Assembly: GCA_964576655.1 (NCBI GenBank)
Contig: CAZNVR010000001.1
Location: 26,637-90,636 of the forward strand
DNA: 64,000 nucleotides
Reading direction: 5' to 3'
Source: an uncultured Legionella sp.
GTDB lineage: Bacteria > Pseudomonadota > Gammaproteobacteria > Legionellales > Legionellaceae
In this document: positions 59,321-64,000 of the stretch, piece by piece
Layout: each line of letters begins with the position of its first letter
Numbering within the stretch: position 1 is the stretch's first letter
Made by a program: the position numbers and the translations under genes
The notes under the pieces: generated by a model
Seen by the model: only the letters and a program-made list of their open reading frames with translations
Database searches by the model: none
Told to the model about the DNA's origin: nothing

Positions 59321-59571
59321 TATTTTTTCCTTCCTTTTTTAAAGTTAGCATGGAAATTGATTTTTTTAGGAATGCTTATAAGATTATCAGAATTCAAGAC
59401 TTTAGCATTATAAGTTAATTCAATTTTTTTTATTTCTTCGGGCGTCATATCTTTCAATGTTTTAACTTTGGAAGTATATTGTATTTTCATTGCTTCTTCA
59501 GCAATAAGATTTGTCATAAATTGATGTATTGATCCATCGTCAACATTGAAAGCTGTATTATAATTTGCCAT
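59320..59571 (-). CDS. hypothetical protein (not GroES-like)
   Basis: 83 aa. 1-nt overlap (TAATG) with groEL. First gene of the minus-strand operon. Confidence 0.6.
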   Translation of the reverse strand: MANYNTAFNVDDGSIHQFMTNLIAEEAMKIQYTSKVKTLKDMTPEEIKKIELTYNAKVLNSDNLISIPKKINFHANFKKGRKK

Positions 59572-59685
59572 AAGTTGCTTAACTTATACCGAACACCTTA
59601 AACATATAGAGATTTAAAAAAATAATTAATTTTAATTAAAAATAAATAAATCTCGGTATATTAATTATTTCAGTATTGCTTCTTT

Positions 59686-59720
59686 ATCTTTTCTTAATTA
59701 GTTTTTATATCTTTTCTTAA
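59686..59720. repeat. direct repeat ATCTTTTCTTAA x2 in AT-rich divergent control region
   Basis: 59686-59697 and 59709-59720, 23 nt apart start-to-start. Confidence 0.6.
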
Positions 59721-59807
59721 GTATTTTCTATACCTAATTAATAAGCGATTTTTGGCATTATTATAAAAAATAATTCATTTTTTTCTCTTATATTTATAGA
59801 GGTGCTT

Positions 59808-59816
59808 TGGTATAAT
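59808..59816 (+). promoter_or_regulatory. extended -10 TGGTATAAT, 5 nt upstream of GTG 59822
   Basis: Plus strand reads GCTTTGGTATAATAAAAG-GTG. Confidence 0.45.
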
Positions 59817-59821
59817 AAAAG

Positions 59822-61198
59822 GTGCCAGTTACACTAACAATAAATAATAGTCATACCTCAATCCATGACTTAGATGAAGAGTTCGAAGAAGAACTGTCGA
59901 ATCTTTTATCCTATCCAATTCCTGGTGCTCATTTCACTAACCTACCGTGGTATTTAAAAAGAAAATTTTTATTAAAGAAAAAAGGTGGTGTCCTAACATT
60001 ACCGACAGGTCTGCTTACGATTGTTTTTGATTTTTTTAAAGAACATAAAATTATATATGATACTAAAGACAATCGCAAAGCGCCAGCTTCATACGGAAGT
60101 TTGAGAATCTTTAATAAGACGCAATCTAAACTACGTCCTTATCAAGAAGCCATAGTTGAACGGTGCTTAACGTCACAGCGCGGAGTTGTTGAGGCAGCGA
60201 CAGGCACTGGTAAAACACGCATCATCATTGAATTAGTTAAACGATTTTGCTTAACGACGCTTATCATCGTACCATCAACACAGATTCTATATCAATTCTA
60301 TGAATTGTTAGTAGCGACATTTGGCAAGAAAGTTGTTGGACGTATAGGCGATGGTAAATCCGAATATAAGGCTCAAATCACGATCGCCAATATTCAAGCA
60401 TTAGAAAAGGTACCAGATAGTTTTTGGCAACGTCAAGATGTGTTAATTATCGATGAATTTCATCACAGCGCTGCAGAGACGTATCAACAACTTAACAATA
60501 AGAAGTTTCTTAATATTTACCATCGCTTTGGCTTTACAGGAACCAATTTTCGTAACGATGGAACTGATCTCGCCCTACAAGGGGTCTTAAGCGATGTTCT
60601 TTATACCTACAATGCTATCGATGCTATCAATGATGGGTATCTGTGCTCACCTATCTTCTGCTTTTATGATGTCCACCATAACGCTTTGGTGTCTTCTGCC
60701 ACATGGAAAGAAGAATATGATCGATGTATCATTAATAATGATTCATTTGACCTTAGTGTATCCTCGTTAGCGAGCAAGCTTATAAAGCAAGGACTTCCAA
60801 CAATTGTTTTTGTGAAAGAAATTGACCATGGTCAAAAACTTACGAACCTAATACCAGGCAGTGTTTTTATCAATGGTGAACAATCAAGCCAACATAATAA
60901 GCAGGCGCTTGAGGACTTTAACGAAGGTAAGGTAATGTGCATTGTGGGGACTTCAGTAATAGGTGAAGGTGTCGATACTGTCAAAGCAGCATGCGGCATT
61001 ATGGCAGGCGGTGGTAAAGCGCGATCTGAAGTGATACAAAAAATTGGTCGCTTACTACGTCCACATCCGGACAAGAAGTTCGCTATGGTTATCGATTTTA
61101 TGCATCGCGACACAAAATGGTGCTTACGTCATTCAAAACTACGTGAAAAGGTCTATAAAGAGTACGGTTGTGACATTATCTACAACAATATCGTATAA
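59822..61198 (+). CDS. superfamily 2 DNA/RNA helicase (DEAH/RPYQ type, UvsW/res-subunit-like)
   Basis: 458 aa with RPYQEAIV, motif I EAATGTGKT, motif II IIDEFHH and motif VI QKIGRLLR. Confidence 0.8.
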   Translation: MPVTLTINNSHTSIHDLDEEFEEELSNLLSYPIPGAHFTNLPWYLKRKFLLKKKGGVLTLPTGLLTIVFDFFKEHKIIYDTKDNRKAPASYGSLRIFNKTQSKLRPYQEAIVERCLTSQRGVVEAATGTGKTRIIIELVKRFCLTTLIIVPSTQILYQFYELLVATFGKKVVGRIGDGKSEYKAQITIANIQALEKVPDSFWQRQDVLIIDEFHHSAAETYQQLNNKKFLNIYHRFGFTGTNFRNDGTDLALQGVLSDVLYTYNAIDAINDGYLCSPIFCFYDVHHNALVSSATWKEEYDRCIINNDSFDLSVSSLASKLIKQGLPTIVFVKEIDHGQKLTNLIPGSVFINGEQSSQHNKQALEDFNEGKVMCIVGTSVIGEGVDTVKAACGIMAGGGKARSEVIQKIGRLLRPHPDKKFAMVIDFMHRDTKWCLRHSKLREKVYKEYGCDIIYNNIV

Positions 61199-61203
61199 AA
61201 GCC

Positions 61204-61310
61204 AAAAATAATCAATAAAATCATATAGTTGTATCATTACATTTTAATTCCATTATTCTGTATACATCGCTGCCACGCTATGGTACTATTAGAGAGTATG
61301 GTTAATGATA
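61204..61310 (+). promoter_or_regulatory. conserved promoter/regulatory cassette, copy 6 (only plus-strand copy)
   Basis: Plus strand reads AAAAATAATCAATAAAATCATATAGTT..AATTCCATTATTCTGTATACATCGCTGCCACGCTATGGTACTATTAGAGAGTATGGTTAATGAT. Confidence 0.6.
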
Positions 61311-61333
61311 ATATAATTCAAAAGGAGATTAAA

Positions 61334-61600
61334 ATGGACAAAATTCAATTGACAACAAAGGTTCATGCTTACTTTATGGCTCACGCTGAAGACGCTCCTA
61401 ATTGGGGCGGTACTCCAATGGTTGGTGGCAATACGCATCAAGGTTTAGCGGAAAATGGCTATTTGACGGATTTGAAGAAAAAAGGACTCGTTACAACGCA
61501 GGTTGATAGAGAGCAAGGAAAACCAGTTGTTGAATGGATATATTTTACACCAATTGGCAAACAATACGCACTTGAAAATGGTTACGAAATTCAAGAATAA
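61334..61600 (+). CDS. hypothetical protein (alternative in-frame start 61298)
   Basis: SD AAGGAGATTAAA-ATG, then MDKIQLTTKVHAYFMAHAEDAPNWGG... The upstream part of track ORF 61229 overlaps the cassette and is rejected. Confidence 0.6.
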   Translation: MDKIQLTTKVHAYFMAHAEDAPNWGGTPMVGGNTHQGLAENGYLTDLKKKGLVTTQVDREQGKPVVEWIYFTPIGKQYALENGYEIQE

Positions 61601-61615
61601 AAAAGGATGAGCAAA

Positions 61616-61783
61616 ATGAGTCATACACTAATTGTTAAGGTTGTAAATCCAAGCACAGGAGTAATGTGTCAAGTCATAGACAATGGTGATTATTGGATAA
61701 CAGCCATTGATGAAAATGGAAAAAAGGTCATTTGGGATAAACGTGAATGCATACTAAAATACAACTTCAACTACAAGGACTAA
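61616..61783 (+). CDS. hypothetical protein (55 aa), below ORF-track cutoff
   Basis: SD AAGGA, then MSHTLIVKVVNPSTGVMCQVIDNGDYWITAIDENGKKVIWDKRECILKYNFNYKD*. Confidence 0.5.
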   Translation: MSHTLIVKVVNPSTGVMCQVIDNGDYWITAIDENGKKVIWDKRECILKYNFNYKD

Positions 61784-61786
61784 AAA

Positions 61787-61948
61787 ATGGACATATATTT
61801 TTATCAAGACGCTTTTAATCTAGAACAAATTGTTGACAGTATAGTACACAGTATATGGATACAATGTACGAGCAAAAATTATATAAGTTGCTGTTGCATT
61901 GCAAATTTCTATACTGGTGAAATAAGAATAAATAGAAGTTTTGTCTAA
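61787..61948 (+). CDS. hypothetical protein (53 aa), below ORF-track cutoff
   Basis: MDIYFYQDAFNLEQIVDSIVHSIWIQCTSKNYISCCCIANFYTGEIRINRSFV*. Starts 3 nt after the previous stop. No SD. Confidence 0.35.
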   Translation: MDIYFYQDAFNLEQIVDSIVHSIWIQCTSKNYISCCCIANFYTGEIRINRSFV

Positions 61949-61954
61949 TCCTTA

Positions 61955-62260
61955 TTAATCAGGTGAATCAACTTTATTCTTTTTTACTATCTTCTTTTTT
62001 CCTGTCGATGAATCATTATTTTGTAACGAAAAAGATTGCTGATCAATCCATCGTCTAAAACCATATAAACCAAAAGAAGGAGTTAACAGAGCTAAAACAA
62101 TTCCAGCATCGAGCATTCTAAATTTTAACACATAATTATTAATAGTAATTTCTTCAATTAAGCCAATTGTAAGTGCTACAAGGCACCAAATAAATGAAAC
62201 CCATGCAAATGTTACCGATGACGATGGTTTACCCGCTGAATCTTTAATCATTATTCGCAT
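61955..62260 (-). CDS. two-TM membrane protein with charged C-terminus, holin-like
   Basis: 101 aa. TM1 is VTFAWVSFIWCLVALTIGLI and TM2 is AGIVLALLTPSFGLYGF, followed by a K-rich tail. Confidence 0.35.
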   Translation of the reverse strand: MRIMIKDSAGKPSSSVTFAWVSFIWCLVALTIGLIEEITINNYVLKFRMLDAGIVLALLTPSFGLYGFRRWIDQQSFSLQNNDSSTGKKKIVKKNKVDSPD

Positions 62261-62262
62261 AA

Positions 62263-64000
62263 TTATTGATTGCCTTGTGCTATGATACTAAAATCTATAT
62301 TTGCATCGGCACCACTAATATCTTTTGTTTCTACTATGACATAGTCTGTTGTGCGATTAGTTGATGATATACTAATAAATCCTGCTTGACCTTCGAGCGA
62401 TACTATGCAAGGATAATCATTAGTTAAAAAAGGTGTTGTCCAATTAACCTGAACATCACCTGGACTTAAATAAACTAATGAAGAAATACCATTACTATCA
62501 GTTCCAAGAGTTGGTATACCATTATTATGAATTAATCCATGAGCTTTTAGACTCGCTGCTGCTAGTTGTGCGGGTAAATCATCAAGACTAAGTGTAGTGT
62601 CTTTGAACCAAAATTTATTAACTGAACTTGTTCCATGTTTAATACGTAAGATTTCAGTCATTATCGCATCAAGCATTTCTTTTAAGGTTGTAACTGATTT
62701 ATCTGAAGTATTGAAACTTTCTTTGATTGTTAAAATAGGTCGTGAAGATCCAGAAGTCATACCTAATAAGCGTTCACCAACTGTGTAAGTTGGCGCAGTT
62801 TTTGCATCAATTGTAATTGTTGTAGAGCCACCCGCTACAACAATTGCTGATGTTCCTGAGGTATCACCTGTAACGGTCTCGCCTGTTATGTAATCGCCAC
62901 CACCACCGCCGCCAATCGCTACATTGCCAGAATCTGCGATTGCTAATATAATTGTTAAATTATCTTGATCGATAACCGTGATTGAATCTGGTATCACTAC
63001 ATTATTCGATGAATCATAAACAGTTATATCAGCATATTCGGTGTTTAAGTTGTGTGCAATATTCCATGTTGTAGCTGGAGCTGCTTGATTAACTACTGCA
63101 AATAGTCCGTCACCGCCTCCTATTGTGACAAATGCATTGCCTGCAATCGCAACTGAAAATGTAACTGTAGTAACAGTTGTACTTGTTGCTGCAATAACAT
63201 CGGGTAAAACTAAACTATTTGAAGCATCGTAACATTTTATATTAACAAATTGTGTACCAAGATTGTGATTAATGGTCCATGTAGTAGATGGAGCGGCTTC
63301 ATTATGGTCATAATATTCGCTCGATGGATTGCCGATAGCTATAAGGCATTTACCAGCCATTGCAATTGAAAATGTAGCTGTTAATGTCGTAGTACTTGTT
63401 ACAACCACAGTATCCGGTATCACTACATTGTTATCAGCATCATAGAATGTTCCACTAACGAATTGTTTACCTAAATTATGAGTAATTGTCCATGTCGTAC
63501 TAGCAGTAGATTGCGTAAAAAGATATGAACCAGGTGCAGAACCTAAGGTCAATGTATGTATTGCTTCATAACGTCCTTCAGTGAATGAATATTGATTATC
63601 ACCGTTATATGGTTGGCCTGTGGCTAAACGAAAAAATAGTTGTCGACGATCATAAAATGCTGTAATGACACCAAGACTATCTACTGTAATTGCAGCAATT
63701 GGAGCTTTATTCCCACCTACGAAACCAGTTGTATTAACTGTGATTGAAGGATCGACATTTTCTACGGTATCCACTGATTGGATAAATTCTTCACCCGCGT
63801 TATTATTTGCAGTTGGATCCCAAAATGCGCGATTATCTGGAGAACCAGTTGACGTCGTTAAATCGACTTCAATATAATTTGTGGTATTAGCAGTTAAAGA
63901 AATGGAGACCGGCGCTGTACCACTTGCACCAACATACCAGTGAGGTTCGGTAGTCTTACTTGAATGTATTAAAACTGATCCGTCTAATTCAACATAAATT
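62263..64000 (-). CDS. tail fibre / receptor-binding protein, 5' end beyond window
   Basis: The reading frame stays open upstream of the track's GVG start at 63774 all the way to 64000 (hand translation IYVELDGSVLIHSSKTTEPHWYVGASG...). It has three internal repeats and a poly-Gly linker. Confidence 0.7.
   Translation of the reverse strand, partial: IYVELDGSVLIHSSKTTEPHWYVGASGTAPVSISLTANTTNYIEVDLTTSTGSPDNRAFWDPTANNNAGEEFIQSVDTVENVDPSITVNTTGFVGGNKAPIAAITVDSLGVITAFYDRRQLFFRLATGQPYNGDNQYSFTEGRYEAIHTLTLGSAPGSYLFTQSTASTTWTITHNLGKQFVSGTFYDADNNVVIPDTVVVTSTTTLTATFSIAMAGKCLIAIGNPSSEYYDHNEAAPSTTWTINHNLGTQFVNIKCYDASNSLVLPDVIAATSTTVTTVTFSVAIAGNAFVTIGGGDGLFAVVNQAAPATTWNIAHNLNTEYADITVYDSSNNVVIPDSITVIDQDNLTIILAIADSGNVAIGGGGGGDYITGETVTGDTSGTSAIVVAGGSTTITIDAKTAPTYTVGERLLGMTSGSSRPILTIKESFNTSDKSVTTLKEMLDAIMTEILRIKHGTSSVNKFWFKDTTLSLDDLPAQLAAASLKAHGLIHNNGIPTLGTDSNGISSLVYLSPGDVQVNWTTPFLTNDYPCIVSLEGQAGFISISSTNRTTDYVIVETKDISGADANIDFSIIAQGNQ
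62908..63513 (-). repeat. three tandem ~60-70-aa domain repeats inside the tail fibre gene
   Basis: The three units are S/PxTTW(T/N)IxHNLGxxFV..(F/C/V)YDxxNNxV(I/L)PDxxxxTSTTxxTxxFSxAxAGxxxxxIG, at residues about 88-149, 158-219 and 229-289 counted from the codon at 63774. Confidence 0.75.

Noticed and set aside
59320-59571. I considered that the 83-aa ORF upstream of GroEL might be a GroES/gp31-type co-chaperonin.
   Set aside because: There is no Gly-rich mobile-loop or beta-barrel signature that I can recognise, and the sequence looks helical and basic. It is kept as hypothetical, and the question is flagged in the findings.
61229-61333. The N-terminal extension of track ORF 61229-61600 (MYHYILIPLFCIHRCHAMVLLES...).
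   Set aside because: This part coincides with the conserved promoter cassette (copy 6). A strong SD (AAGGAG) precedes the internal ATG at 61334.
61924-61990. A possible terminator at the convergent junction between the plus-strand island and the holin-like gene: AGAATAAA..AGTT pairing with AACTTTATTCT, followed by TTTTTT.
   Set aside because: The stem needs a 5-nt bulge and encloses a loop of about 30 nt that overlaps two coding ends. That is too weak to call without folding software.
250-63877. About 35 ORF-track entries lie antisense to, or nested out of frame within, long well-supported genes. Examples: 250-456+, 2454-2687+, 3154-3336+, 5284-5478+, 8581-8766+, 9949-10152+, 10275-10472-, 10518-10784-, 15166-15390-, 16764-16949-, 18859-19287+, 19089-19310-, 19441-19623+, 22318-22554+, 22435-22689-, 23526-23813+, 26301-26552+, 26807-27013+, 27175-27465+, 29464-29703+, 29867-30061+, 34177-34428+, 36252-36584+, 40267-40452+, 42111-42371+, 43387-43647+, 43888-44070+, 47436-47636-, 48670-48864+, 48900-49085+, 51552-51734+, 55795-56010-, 57916-58131+, 60832-61113-, 62597-62788+, 63665-63877+.
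   Set aside because: Each overlaps a longer ORF that has recognisable motifs or operon-consistent packing. Their translations are low-complexity or hydrophobic in ways typical of AT-rich antisense frames. None has a convincing SD or promoter.
1-64000. I considered stop-codon reassignment (TAG or TGA recoding) as an explanation for the ORF-free islands.
   Set aside because: All long genes are open under the standard code. The islands contain TAA, TAG and TGA in every frame, so no single reassignment restores an ORF.
1-64000. I looked for CRISPR arrays, integrase/attP, transposases, rRNA genes and additional tRNAs.
   Set aside because: No regularly spaced direct repeats, no tyrosine/serine recombinase or DDE motifs, and no rRNA-like sequence were seen. 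Only one cloverleaf (11306-11378) could be folded. The GC-rich islands lack T-arm/D-arm signatures.

Overview
This window appears to be one contiguous piece of a large, AT-rich tailed dsDNA phage genome. By hand estimate it is about one third G+C. I saw no integrase, transposase, rRNA or CRISPR array. Genes are tightly packed, often with ATGA or 1-4 nt overlaps, and use AGGAG-type Shine-Dalgarno sites. Almost all lie on the minus strand; the exception is a four-gene plus-strand island at 59822-61948.

Recognisable modules, by coordinate:
- 1-32400: nucleotide metabolism. This includes dCMP deaminase, a ThyA-family enzyme with the dCMP-specific Asp signature, a thymidylate-kinase/UDG-like fusion, a dimeric dUTPase/MazG-like NTPase, a second dNMP kinase and a class II-like RNR.
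- Dispersed: an RNA-repair tool kit. This includes T4 Rnl1-like and Rnl2/DraRnl-like ligases, an RlaP-type nucleotidyltransferase, a PNK-like P-loop kinase, a metallophosphoesterase, an LMW-PTP and one tRNA-Thr(UGU).
- 33400-42400: head and packaging genes (TerS?, TerL, portal, Mu-F-like minor head protein, a trigger-factor-like PPIase).
- 42700-49200: recombination genes (RuvC-like, SbcCD-like, RecA/UvsX-like, gp32-like SSB).
- 50174-59320: replisome and associated genes (DnaE, DnaG-like primase, DnaB, RNR, orphan GroEL).
- Dispersed: lysis parts (GH24 endolysin, lipoprotein SLT, spanin-like pair, holin-like protein).
- 62263 to window end: a tail fibre with three internal repeats.

The observations I consider most worth following up:
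- Three short islands of about 47-52% G+C in this AT-rich genome (1291-1660, 13521-13718, 17190-17321). The first two are ORF-free and densely self-complementary.
- A regulatory cassette of roughly 50-110 nt, recurring six times and always oriented toward the downstream gene.
- A repeated geometry in which a -10 hexamer sits 5-7 nt from a start codon, implying leaderless mRNAs.
- Evidence for 5-modified deoxycytidine metabolism.

All protein family calls come from reading motifs by eye and from recalled reference sequences. No database search, folding program or alignment tool was run, and most start codons are provisional.
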